From positions 5,365-69,364 of the forward strand of contig JAUUDM010000025.1 in NCBI GenBank assembly GCA_030826765.1: a stretch of 64,000 bases of DNA, in the 5' to 3' direction. Source of the DNA: Nautiliales bacterium. GTDB taxonomy: Bacteria; Campylobacterota; Campylobacteria; Campylobacterales; JAADDX01. Under the pieces are notes generated by a model. It searched no databases and was not told the origin of the DNA. It saw nothing but the letters and a program-made list of their open reading frames with translations. A program made the translations under genes and the position numbers. Shown piece by piece: positions 1 through 9,005 of the stretch (the first letter of the stretch is position 1; every line of letters begins with the position of its first letter).

Positions 1-288
1 TCCTAACTTTTCTATATCATCAATAACACTAAGAGATTTTTGTGAAAGAAGTTCAACCATTTTTTTATCATTATGATAACTTCCTGCTATCATTGTATCT
101 TCTATATGAAATGGAATATCTTTTTCATCTTTAGCAACAGTCACTCCACCTTGTGCATAAAAAGAGTTACAACCCCACACTTTACTTTTAGTTAATACTA
201 AAACTTTTAATTTTTTATCTAAATTCAGTGCAGTCCAAATTCCTGCTAACCCACTACCAACTATTATTACATCATATTTTAATTGCAT
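1..288 (-). CDS. nadB: L-aspartate oxidase, N-terminal 96 codons (gene runs off the left window edge)
   Basis: Own minus-strand translation from ATG 288..286: MQLKYDVIIVGSGLAGIWTALNL...CNSFYAQGGVTVAKDEKDIPFHIEDTMIAGSYHND. It has a GSGxAG FAD fold followed by FYAQGG and EDTxIAG blocks, as in the E. coli NadB N-terminus. It is absent from the ORF track because it is truncated. Confidence 0.7.
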   Translation of the reverse strand, partial: MQLKYDVIIVGSGLAGIWTALNLDKKLKVLVLTKSKVWGCNSFYAQGGVTVAKDEKDIPFHIEDTMIAGSYHNDKKMVELLSQKSLSVIDDIEKLG

Positions 289-377
289 TTTATATTCTTT
301 GTTATATTTTGCTCTGTTTTATTTATATCAGAAATCCATTTAGGATCAGCTTTATATCCACAAGAAACAAAAAATAA

Positions 378-386
378 TGTTATAAT
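378..386 (+). promoter_or_regulatory. extended -10 box TGTTATAAT, 6 nt upstream of the ATG at 393 (possible leaderless transcript)
   Basis: TGnTATAAT match read directly. Only tacaaa lies between the hexamer and the start codon, and there is no SD. Confidence 0.35.
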
Positions 387-392
387 TACAAA

Positions 393-827
393 ATGAAAAA
401 TGTAAAAGAGATTCTTAAACATACGCCACTTCCTTATGATAAGATAAAAATACAGAGATGCCTTAAATTAGTTACAAGTTGTTTACCAATACATTTAAAA
501 AACAGTATCTCATATATGTATCTTAAAAATGAAACTTTATATTTTGCAACTAAACATCCTGCTATTAATTTTGAATTGTATCAAAAATTAACTGATATTA
601 AAATGATGTTAAGAGCAATTCAATTAAAAAAAAGATGTTTAAGTATAAAAATTACAAATATTAAAGCATATACAACTTATAAAAAAGAAAAAACACCTAC
701 TAAAATACCAAGTGATATAAAATTTTATATCAAAAAACCTACTGTAAATTTTAAAAACAAAGCTAAAAACAAACAAATTAAAGAAAAATTTGAAGAAATA
801 AGAGAAATTATCAAAAACAAAAATTAA
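393..827 (+). CDS. hypothetical basic protein, possibly DUF721-like
   Basis: 144-aa ORF. The central block LPIHLKNSISYMYLKNETLYFATKHPAINFELYQKLTDIKMMLRAI resembles the DUF721 pattern. The tail is Lys-rich. The family call is weak. Confidence 0.55.
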   Translation: MKNVKEILKHTPLPYDKIKIQRCLKLVTSCLPIHLKNSISYMYLKNETLYFATKHPAINFELYQKLTDIKMMLRAIQLKKRCLSIKITNIKAYTTYKKEKTPTKIPSDIKFYIKKPTVNFKNKAKNKQIKEKFEEIREIIKNKN

Positions 828-843
828 CTTTTATTCTTGATAA

Positions 844-859
844 TTTCCCCGAAGGGAAA
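844..859. terminator. short GC hairpin between convergent genes (tttccc-cgaa-gggaaa)
   Basis: 6-bp stem and 4-nt loop read directly between the stops at 827 and 864. The flanking A/T runs are not a canonical U-tract. Confidence 0.3.
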
Positions 860-863
860 AAAA

Positions 864-1076
864 TTAAACGTCAGACTCAACTCCAGTTTTTCTTAATGTG
901 AATTCTACGAATTTATACATTACAATAATTAATATTGGCCACATAAAAAACAAAATTGCTCCCCATGTAGTATTAATTTGTTGAGCTTCTGGATTAATTC
1001 CATTTGGTAATAATTTTTCAGAAGCAAAAAGAAAGCTTCCGAAGAATACCATTAAAAATGCTATAACTTTTTTCAT
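864..1076 (-). CDS. small membrane protein immediately downstream of cydB
   Basis: 70 aa with an N-terminal signal/TM (MKKVIAFLMVFFGSFLFA) and a second TM (WGAILFFMWPILIIVMY). It begins 9 nt after the cydB stop on the same strand. Confidence 0.6.
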   Translation of the reverse strand: MKKVIAFLMVFFGSFLFASEKLLPNGINPEAQQINTTWGAILFFMWPILIIVMYKFVEFTLRKTGVESDV

Positions 1077-1085
1077 CTTCTCTCC

Positions 1086-2282
1086 TTAATATGCATGAGA
1101 ATCTGGATCTGCTAACTCTTCTTTTGTAATAGGACCATCTTTTTTCATTTGATACCAAACATAAGCGATATATCCTAAAACAAATGGAACAGCTACACTA
1201 ACACCACCCATAACTTCAAGAGTATTTAAACTTCCTGAACTGTTTTGAATAGTTAAACTACTTTGTAAATCTGCATAACTTGGATAATATGGAGTTCCAT
1301 TAAATCCTGCAATAGCAAATACTACAATACCGATTAAAACTGCACCTAAACCAGATAATTTAATTCCACCTGTACTTGTTCCAAAAATTGATTGGAAAAT
1401 ACCAAGTAAAAATAAAACTGCACCAATTAAGAATACAATTAAAGGAATAAATCCATAAGCCATTAAGTTAGCAAGGTATTTATGTTCAACCATACTTACA
1501 ACACCTGTATGAATGTCATATGAATAACCTTTCATCATTACAAGTCCATAAAGAACTACAACTAAAGCAGCTAAAAATACTACAAAACATTTTTTAGCAG
1601 TTGCTCTAATTCTTGCAACTAATTCAGGGAATTCATTGTTATCGATATCATTAACTAACCATAATGCACCAAGAAGTCTAGCTATAGCAAATAGTAATAC
1701 ACCAAACGCTAAGTTAAACCATGCACCATGACCAAAATCAAGTGCCGCTTCTAAACCTCTTAAGTCCATACCATCAGTTGCAGTTCCCCATGCTAAAATT
1801 TTAGTAGCTGGATCAAAACTGAAATTACTTCCTGTAAAGAAAGTTCCAACAGCTGCACCAACTAAAATAACAGAAGTAACACCATTGAAATAAAGAAATG
1901 CTTTATAAGCACCTTTTCCAATGAAGTTATTTGGATTGTTAATATATTCATAAGATACTGCTTGTAAAACAAATCCAAATAAAATTAACATCCATACCCA
2001 ATAAGCCCCACCAAATGATACTGCATAAAATAGTGGGAATGCCGCATATAATGCACCACCAAACATAACTAATGTTGTAAATGTTAACTCCCATTTTCTA
2101 CCAAGAGAGTTAATCATTGCTTTTTCTTCTATATCAGTTTTTGCAGTATGGAAAAGTGATTGACCACCTTGAACAAAAGTCATAAGAACAAAAAGACCAC
2201 CTAATACTGCAACTATTAACCACCAATACTCTTGCCAAAGAAACATTGTTTCATTTGTAGTGATTCCTGCCCATGTTTCCAT
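1086..2282 (-). CDS. cydB: cytochrome bd-type quinol oxidase subunit II
   Basis: 398-aa polytopic membrane protein. Its start overlaps the cydA stop by 1 nt. Length and hydrophobic pattern are typical of CydB/CioB. Confidence 0.9.
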   Translation of the reverse strand: METWAGITTNETMFLWQEYWWLIVAVLGGLFVLMTFVQGGQSLFHTAKTDIEEKAMINSLGRKWELTFTTLVMFGGALYAAFPLFYAVSFGGAYWVWMLILFGFVLQAVSYEYINNPNNFIGKGAYKAFLYFNGVTSVILVGAAVGTFFTGSNFSFDPATKILAWGTATDGMDLRGLEAALDFGHGAWFNLAFGVLLFAIARLLGALWLVNDIDNNEFPELVARIRATAKKCFVVFLAALVVVLYGLVMMKGYSYDIHTGVVSMVEHKYLANLMAYGFIPLIVFLIGAVLFLLGIFQSIFGTSTGGIKLSGLGAVLIGIVVFAIAGFNGTPYYPSYADLQSSLTIQNSSGSLNTLEVMGGVSVAVPFVLGYIAYVWYQMKKDGPITKEELADPDSHAY

Positions 2283-3877
2283 TAGTGAGCTCCTTTCGGA
2301 CCGCTTTTAACGACCGTAAATAACATTTTAAGTTCTGCAATTCCAAGAATAACAAACGCTGCCATGAACATAAAGAATGTAGCTTGAACATTTGTTAAAT
2401 TAATTGGAGTTACTGAATGAGCTGTTGGTAAAATACCAAATACAGTCCATGGTTGTCTTCCAATCTCTGCACTCATCCATCCAAGTGAAGTTGCTATCCA
2501 AGGTAATGGAATTGAATAAAGTGCTGCTTTTTGAACAAATGTATTATTTACAAAAGTTCCTTTTAATACTGAAGCATAAGCTAAAACAAATAATAAAATA
2601 AACCAGAATCCTAAACCAACCATTAAGTGGAATGAATAAAATACTGGTGCAACTGGTGGGAATATATGTTTAGCATCTTCTGCTGAGAAATATCCATACC
2701 CCATAAGTTCAGCTCTTTCAATTTTTACACCATCAACATTAGCTACAATTGCGTGGAAGTCTTTTTCAGCTGCATCCATAGCTGCTTTATCTCCAGCTTT
2801 TTTAGCTATATGATAATCATTCATATCTTTAATAGCTCTTGCACCCTCTGCTCTTAATTTTTCAAAAGACCAAATTCCATATTTTTCATTTCCATATACT
2901 AAATCTTTAATACCTGGAACAAATCCATCAAAACTACGTTTACCAAGAATTGATAATAAATGTGGAATAGCTATTGGCATCGTAAATGAATCTTCATTAT
3001 CTTTCATATTTTTAATTTCTTCAATAGTATGAGATTTAGGAATACCAACTGCTACAATTGGAGCACCTTTTTCACCTACATATAATCCTTCCATTGAAGC
3101 GATTTTAGTTGGTTGAGTATTTGCTACTTCATAAGCATGATCATCACCAATAACTGCTACTGCAATTGAAGCTACAAGTCCAGCTGCTGCTGCAACTGTT
3201 GCTGATTTTTTAGCAAATTCAACATGTTTTCCTCTAAGTAAATATAAAGATGAAACACCTAAAATAAATACACCGGCCATTGTATATGAAGCTGTTACAA
3301 CATGTAAGAATTTAACTTGTGCAACTGGTTGTAAAATTAAACTTAAGAAATTTGTCATTTCAAGTCTTGCATTATCTATATTAAATGTATAGAATGCACT
3401 ACTTGGATGTTGCATAAATCCATTAGCAATAAGAATCCATAAAGCTGAAAGGTTTGAACCTGCTGCTAATAACCAAGATGACATTAAATGCACACCTTTG
3501 CTAACTCTTTTCCATCCGAAAAATGCGATTGCTGCAAATGTTGCTTCCATAAAGAATGCTACAACACCCTCTACTGCAAGAGGAGCACCAAATAAATCAC
3601 CTACTACCCATGAATATGTTGACCAGTTTGTACCAAATTCAAATTCATGAATAATCCCTGTTGATAACCCAATAGCAAAGTTAATACCAAATAGTACTTG
3701 CCAGAATTGAGTAATATTTTTCCACTCTTGTTTTCCAGTTTTTACATAGATAGTCTCAAAGAATGCTACCATAAAAGACATACCTAATGTAAAAGGAACA
3801 AAAAAGAAGTGGAAAATAGCTGTCATTGCGAATTGAGCTCTCGCCCATTCAAGCATTGTTAAATCTACTCCGTGCAT
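2282..3877 (-). CDS. cydA: cytochrome bd-type quinol oxidase subunit I
   Basis: 531 aa. The N-terminus LEWARAQFAMTAIFHFFFVPFTLGMSF and the GRQPW motif near the C-terminus are CydA hallmarks. Confidence 0.95.
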   Translation of the reverse strand: MHGVDLTMLEWARAQFAMTAIFHFFFVPFTLGMSFMVAFFETIYVKTGKQEWKNITQFWQVLFGINFAIGLSTGIIHEFEFGTNWSTYSWVVGDLFGAPLAVEGVVAFFMEATFAAIAFFGWKRVSKGVHLMSSWLLAAGSNLSALWILIANGFMQHPSSAFYTFNIDNARLEMTNFLSLILQPVAQVKFLHVVTASYTMAGVFILGVSSLYLLRGKHVEFAKKSATVAAAAGLVASIAVAVIGDDHAYEVANTQPTKIASMEGLYVGEKGAPIVAVGIPKSHTIEEIKNMKDNEDSFTMPIAIPHLLSILGKRSFDGFVPGIKDLVYGNEKYGIWSFEKLRAEGARAIKDMNDYHIAKKAGDKAAMDAAEKDFHAIVANVDGVKIERAELMGYGYFSAEDAKHIFPPVAPVFYSFHLMVGLGFWFILLFVLAYASVLKGTFVNNTFVQKAALYSIPLPWIATSLGWMSAEIGRQPWTVFGILPTAHSVTPINLTNVQATFFMFMAAFVILGIAELKMLFTVVKSGPKGAH

Positions 3878-3878
3878 G

Positions 3879-4112
3879 CTACTTCTCCTTTTGTAAGTTT
3901 TGTGTTGATGGTATTGTAGTTAGCTGCTTTATAAATAAAGCTTCTTTTTGGTTTTTATCTTTTACGACATTATCAACTGTCGGAAAGAAAAAAACCTTTA
4001 AAACTACAAAAATAACCATCAATTTAATAATGATGATTAGCCAAAGCTTTTTGCCAAGGCTTGATAGGTTTTTAAACCCATCTACATAAAACAACACGAT
4101 TTTGTTAATCAT
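3879..4112 (-). CDS. DUF4492-like small membrane protein preceding cydA
   Basis: 77 aa with one TM (LWLIIIIKLMVIFVVLKVFFF). It sits 1 nt upstream of cydA and has a strong SD (aaggagggtg) before its ATG. Confidence 0.65.
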   Translation of the reverse strand: MINKIVLFYVDGFKNLSSLGKKLWLIIIIKLMVIFVVLKVFFFPTVDNVVKDKNQKEALFIKQLTTIPSTQNLQKEK

Positions 4113-4140
4113 CGCACCCTCCTTGTCGAGGCTAGTTATA

Positions 4141-4149
4141 ATTATACAC
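4141..4149 (-). promoter_or_regulatory. -10 region GTGTATAAT for the DUF4492-cydAB operon
   Basis: The reverse complement of attatacac is gtgtataat. It lies 28 nt upstream of the ATG at 4112, followed by the SD AAGGAGG. Confidence 0.45.
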
Positions 4150-4158
4150 TATTTTTAA

Positions 4159-5283
4159 TTAAAAATTAATACTTTTTTTAAAAATAAACGATTTATTCAT
4201 TTTAAATTCATATTTTTTAGTATTGTTTTGATCGTAATCAATAAAATTTCTATTCCCTAACATAAATTTTGCTTTTTTACCCACTTCGATAATTCCTTCA
4301 TTAAGTCCAAAAAATTTAGCAGGATTTGTACTTGCAAGTTTACTTAAAGTTTCAGTTTTTATATCTAATGAATATAAAAGCTTAGCAAACTTATCTAATT
4401 TACTAATCCCAAATTCTGCTACTTCAAAAGGAACATCTTTTGTCTCATCTTTTACAGCTATATGATTTGATGAAATAAAATCAATTTCTTCATTTTTTAC
4501 TGCTTCTAAAAGAGCTTTTCTATCATCTTCACTTCTAATAGGGGGAAAAGTTTTATAAAAAGTATCAAAATCATTTATATTCTCATCTGTATAAAGTAAA
4601 TTATCAATACAAACATCTACAAAAATATTTTTATTTTTATTTTTTAACAGTTCTAAACTCTCTTTTGTTGTAATTGCCTGAAACACCACTTTAACATCAA
4701 AATTTTTGGAAAATTCTAAAATTTTAGCAACTTCAACACTTTCTACATAATTTTCAATTCCTTCAAGTCCAAGTGAATAAGCTTTATCACTTGCATTCAT
4801 TTTACCATTTCCAAGAAGTGCTTTATTATTAGCATTTATAAAAACAGGGACTTTTAACATTTCGGCATATTGAAATACTCTTTTAATTAAATTCATATCT
4901 TCATCACTATTTATAAATAAAGCACTAGCCCCTTTATCTACTAAAATGTGAATATCACTCAATTTTCCTTCGTGAATAGCTTCAATTGCTACCAATAAAT
5001 CAATATCTTTCTCTTTTGTAAGATTATAAGCTAAATGAAGTTTATTATAAATTGGTTTATTTTGTGGAATCATAAGAATCGTTCCAACTCCACCTTTTAA
5101 AGCTTTAACATTGAGTTTTGAAATTGATTCAGAATTTTTAACATTTAAATCTACACATAAAGGAAATATTTCTGCATTTTTTGCATCATAAATTTCTTCA
5201 TCACTTAAATTATCTCCAATCTCAGTAATAATTCCATCTTCTATTTTAATATCTTTTGAATTTTTTATATTAGTTATTAGCAT
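4159..5283 (-). CDS. dihydroorotase-like amidohydrolase, probably non-catalytic (PyrC-prime type)
   Basis: 374 aa with a DHOase-like layout (KIEDGIITEIG..., GGVGTILMIPQNKP). The HxH metal site reads VDLNVKN and the TDHAP block reads SSNHIA. Confidence 0.65.
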   Translation of the reverse strand: MLITNIKNSKDIKIEDGIITEIGDNLSDEEIYDAKNAEIFPLCVDLNVKNSESISKLNVKALKGGVGTILMIPQNKPIYNKLHLAYNLTKEKDIDLLVAIEAIHEGKLSDIHILVDKGASALFINSDEDMNLIKRVFQYAEMLKVPVFINANNKALLGNGKMNASDKAYSLGLEGIENYVESVEVAKILEFSKNFDVKVVFQAITTKESLELLKNKNKNIFVDVCIDNLLYTDENINDFDTFYKTFPPIRSEDDRKALLEAVKNEEIDFISSNHIAVKDETKDVPFEVAEFGISKLDKFAKLLYSLDIKTETLSKLASTNPAKFFGLNEGIIEVGKKAKFMLGNRNFIDYDQNNTKKYEFKMNKSFIFKKSINF

Positions 5284-5327
5284 AGTTAACCTTTTTTTAT
5301 TATAATTCTACCAAAAAAGGAAATATT

Positions 5328-5717
5328 ATGACAATATGGATATTATTTATTTTGTTATGTTTAGGAATTGGATTATTTGCAAATAAAAAATTTAACCGAA
5401 GACTCTGGTTATGGAGTATATTAGCTTTTTTATTTTCACCATTATTAACACTATTTTTACTATTTTTTGTAGAATATATTTGGAATACTCTACCAGAAAA
5501 ATTTGCAAGAAATATAATAGATTTAAATAAACTTTATAAAAATGGAGTAATATCACAAGAAGAGTATGAATTTAAAAAAAATTTTCTAATTTCTAGACTA
5601 AGAAATGATAAAGCTGATGAATTTTTAGTTAAAATTATAACTTTAGTTGAAAATAATATTTTAACAGATGAAGACATAAATAAAATCAAAAGGAAATTGT
5701 ATGGAAGAATTAATTAA
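5328..5717 (+). CDS. membrane protein with SHOCT-like domain
   Basis: 129 aa with two N-terminal TM helices, then LYKNGVISQEEYEFKKNFLISRL (SHOCT pattern). TATAAT at 5301-5306 and SD aaaggaaa lie upstream. Confidence 0.7.
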   Translation: MTIWILFILLCLGIGLFANKKFNRRLWLWSILAFLFSPLLTLFLLFFVEYIWNTLPEKFARNIIDLNKLYKNGVISQEEYEFKKNFLISRLRNDKADEFLVKIITLVENNILTDEDINKIKRKLYGRIN

Positions 5718-6210
5718 ATTACACAATCCAGAATTTAATGAAAGAGATATATTTTGGACAAAATTTTTTGCAGAACACGAAAAAGCACCACTTAAACCTG
5801 TATTTAATCTAAAAGGTTTTATATTTAGTTGGTTTTATTTACTTTATAAAAAAGCCTATATGGAAAGTTTCGCAGTAATAATTATTAGTTTACTTATAAT
5901 TCAAAGTGCTTTTATTTTACATAGTTTTTTATTTTTAGGACTTGGAATAATTTTTCCTAATTTAGTTGTTGGGTTTTATTTCTATTTTATGTTTGCAAAT
6001 AAAATGTTAAGAGATATTGAATTTTGTGGAAAACCTATAGATAAAGAGTGTTTAAAAAGTAAAGGTGGAACAAATATTTATGCCCCTATTTTTGCTCTTA
6101 TTATTGTTATTTTACTATTTTGGCCTGTTATTTATGGAAAAATTACTCATCAAGATGTTACAACTGAACAAAATAAATATATAAATAAAGTAGAAAAAGC
6201 CTTAAAATAA
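5701..6210 (+). CDS. DUF2628-like membrane protein
   Basis: 169 aa. FSWFYLLYKKAYMESF followed by TM helices matches the DUF2628 pattern. It overlaps the upstream gene by 17 nt. Confidence 0.65.
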   Translation: MEELIKLHNPEFNERDIFWTKFFAEHEKAPLKPVFNLKGFIFSWFYLLYKKAYMESFAVIIISLLIIQSAFILHSFLFLGLGIIFPNLVVGFYFYFMFANKMLRDIEFCGKPIDKECLKSKGGTNIYAPIFALIIVILLFWPVIYGKITHQDVTTEQNKYINKVEKALK

Positions 6211-6222
6211 AAGGCTTTTTTA
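6196..6222 (+). terminator. rho-independent terminator (aaagcctt-aaaataa-aaggcttt + T-run)
   Basis: Perfect 8-bp stem and 7-nt loop containing the stop codon, followed by tttt. It lies between convergent genes. Confidence 0.6.
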
Positions 6223-6223
6223 T

Positions 6224-7768
6224 TTATATTTTTGTAGTAGTATGTTTTGCAAAACTGAAATCTGATTCAGGAAAATCTAATCTAAAGTGAGCACCTCTAC
6301 TCTCTTCTCTATCAAGTGCAGCTTTTGTCATAGCTACAGCAATATCAAGTCCATTTAAAAATTCTAATTTTTCTTTTAAATTTGAATCATTTTCACTTTC
6401 TAACTTGTTTCTCATTTCATCTAACTCTTTTAATGCTTTTTTCATAGCATAACCATTTCTTAAAATACCTACTTTATTAAATAAAAGTGTAGCAAGTTCT
6501 GTTTTTTTCTCTTTTGCATCTATTTTTATATTTTTAAGACTTTCTATAAGTTCTTTATCAGCTTCTACTTTTTCATTAGGAATATCTAAAAATTTATTAT
6601 TTCTAACTGCATATTTTATCGCTTTATATCCAGCATATTTACCAAAAACTGCACCTTCACTAAGAGAATTACCTCCAAGTCTATTGGCACCATTTACACC
6701 ATTATTTCCAGCCTCACCTGCAAAAAAAAGTCCTTCAATTTCAGTATCTGTATAAGTTCCTGTTTTGATTCCACCCATAGAATAGTGAGCTAATGGATTA
6801 ATTGGAATAGGCTCTTTTGAAATATCAATTCCTTTTAGAGATTTTACTCTTTTTTTAAGATTGATAAGTTTTGTATTTATCACTTCTTCTGGCACATCTG
6901 TTAAATCCAAATATACTTTTCTTCCTTTTTGAAGTTGTTTTACAATAGCACGAGTTACGAAATCTCTAGTATTAAGTTCATCAACAAAAGGTTTTCCTTC
7001 ATCGTTTATAAGTCTTCCACCTTCACCCCTTGCTGCTTCACTAATTAAATAGTTAGTTCCTTCAAGCCCTGTTGGATGAAACTGAATAAATTCTAAATCC
7101 ATACCTTCAAGCCCTGCACGAAGACCCATTGCAACTCCATCACCAGTAGCATCCGCTACATTTGTAGTATATCCTCTAAAAAGTCCTGCATATCCACCCA
7201 TAGCAACTACAACTGATTTCGCTTGAATTACTTTTAATTCATCATTTTCATCTACAAAAGTTACACCTGCAATTTTTCCATCATTTACAAGTAAATTTAA
7301 GGCAAAATGATTTTTAATAGTATCAATTTTAAGATCTTTCAAAGCTTTATTTAAACTTTTCATAATAGCTGGACCTGTAGCATCACTTGCAAAAACTGTT
7401 CTTTTAAATTTTGTTCCACCAAAAGGTCTTTGAGCAAGTTTTCCATTTTCTAAAGTGTTAAAAGGAACTTTAAATTTTCTATGAAGTTCTCTTACAACTT
7501 GTGGAGCTTGCTCACAAAATATTCTTACAGATTCTTCATCAGCTATTCCCATACCACCTTTTAGTGTATCTTGAATATGTTGCTCAATTGAATCTCCATC
7601 TTCCATATTATTAAGTGCTGCATTAATTCCACCTTTTGCCATAAAAGAGTTATTAGCCATTGGTGATTTTTTAGTAACGATTGCTACATTTCCACCCAAC
7701 TCTTTTGCTTCGATAGCAGCAAGCATACCAGCTATTCCACTTCCTAAAACTAATACATCATATTTCAT
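6224..7768 (-). CDS. FAD-dependent flavoprotein of the succinate dehydrogenase/fumarate reductase/L-aspartate oxidase family, stand-alone
   Basis: 514 aa. Motifs: MKYDVLVLGSGIAGMLAA, FIQFHPTG, EAARGEGG, HYSMGGI, RLGGNSL, ESRGAHFR. There is no adjacent Fe-S or membrane subunit gene. Confidence 0.8.
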   Translation of the reverse strand: MKYDVLVLGSGIAGMLAAIEAKELGGNVAIVTKKSPMANNSFMAKGGINAALNNMEDGDSIEQHIQDTLKGGMGIADEESVRIFCEQAPQVVRELHRKFKVPFNTLENGKLAQRPFGGTKFKRTVFASDATGPAIMKSLNKALKDLKIDTIKNHFALNLLVNDGKIAGVTFVDENDELKVIQAKSVVVAMGGYAGLFRGYTTNVADATGDGVAMGLRAGLEGMDLEFIQFHPTGLEGTNYLISEAARGEGGRLINDEGKPFVDELNTRDFVTRAIVKQLQKGRKVYLDLTDVPEEVINTKLINLKKRVKSLKGIDISKEPIPINPLAHYSMGGIKTGTYTDTEIEGLFFAGEAGNNGVNGANRLGGNSLSEGAVFGKYAGYKAIKYAVRNNKFLDIPNEKVEADKELIESLKNIKIDAKEKKTELATLLFNKVGILRNGYAMKKALKELDEMRNKLESENDSNLKEKLEFLNGLDIAVAMTKAALDREESRGAHFRLDFPESDFSFAKHTTTKI

Positions 7769-7820
7769 ATTAAAACCTTTATTTTTTATTTAATTATATC
7801 AAAAAAAGATAAAATCTATC

Positions 7821-8996
7821 TTAATAAAACATTTCGATAACTACATAACTTAAGAAAAGCATAATATGACTAAGACCCTCAAGATAGTTAGTTTCACCAT
7901 TATCTGTAGTTTTCCAAGCAAGAATAATTGTAATAAGTAATGCTCCAATTTGCAAAGGAGTAAAATCCATCGTAATATCAACACCAAAAGAAAGTGCTAA
8001 TGCCATAATAACAGGCACCGTAATAAGAATAGAAACTGTGCTTGCACCCATTGCAATATTTATAACTCTTTGAATTTGATTATTTCTAGCAGCCTTTATA
8101 GCTGTGAATAGTTCAGGAGCACCTGTAATAAGTGCGATTACAATACCTGCAAATCCGGCACTTAAACCAAAATTTTTCATCACTTCCATACCATCACTTG
8201 CAAAAATTTCAGATAAAACACCTACAAATCCCAAAAATCCGACTAAAAATATTCCATTTACCAAATTACTTCTTTTTTCAAAAAAATAATCATCTTCTAC
8301 TTCTTCGTGCTCTTTTTTAAATCTTAAAATTCTTTCTTTAAAAGTAGATTTAAAGAAATGAATATGTGTTTTTGTCTGAAACTTAAAAATAAATATATAA
8401 AAAACTGCTAACAAAATCGCAATAGCAATACTTGCATGCAAAACTGCCTCGTGAGAATGTTCCATTGAAAGTGTAGAAGGGACTAAAAGCATGGCAGCTG
8501 ATACAAATAAAACTGTTGTATAACTTGAAGAGGTATCTTCATTATGATTTTGTTCTTTATAAAAAAGTCCTCCTACAAACATAGCAATACCTAAAAGTGC
8601 ATTCAAATCCACAATAAAAGTAGAAATAATACCACTTTTTACAGAAGTAACTGCTTCTGGATTATGCACAGCTTCAAGTAACACCATAAATAAAATCAAA
8701 ATCTCAACCACAACAGCACTAAAAGTCAAAATCAAACTACCAAAAGGCTCACCAAACCTGTGTGCTAAAATTTCAGCTATTTCACTGATTGTAACCGAAA
8801 TACTAGCAATAGCGATAGTAGCAGCAATTGTAGTAATTAAAACAGAGTAATGTATATGATGTAAATAGAGTGCAGTAATGCCAAAAATTATACCAAAAAG
8901 TATATCCCAATAATCACGAAAAAAGTCAACATTTTTTTCAACCATTTCTGCAATTTCTTCTTTTTTCTCTTCAAACCTACTGACCTGCGAGTCCAT
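7821..8996 (-). CDS. CaCA-family cation/proton antiporter (ChaA-like)
   Basis: 391-aa polytopic protein with two alpha-repeat-like blocks (GEPFGSLILTFSAVVVE and GAPELFTAIKAARNN). Confidence 0.7.
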   Translation of the reverse strand: MDSQVSRFEEKKEEIAEMVEKNVDFFRDYWDILFGIIFGITALYLHHIHYSVLITTIAATIAIASISVTISEIAEILAHRFGEPFGSLILTFSAVVVEILILFMVLLEAVHNPEAVTSVKSGIISTFIVDLNALLGIAMFVGGLFYKEQNHNEDTSSSYTTVLFVSAAMLLVPSTLSMEHSHEAVLHASIAIAILLAVFYIFIFKFQTKTHIHFFKSTFKERILRFKKEHEEVEDDYFFEKRSNLVNGIFLVGFLGFVGVLSEIFASDGMEVMKNFGLSAGFAGIVIALITGAPELFTAIKAARNNQIQRVINIAMGASTVSILITVPVIMALALSFGVDITMDFTPLQIGALLITIILAWKTTDNGETNYLEGLSHIMLFLSYVVIEMFY

Positions 8997-9005
8997 TATT
9001 TCTCC

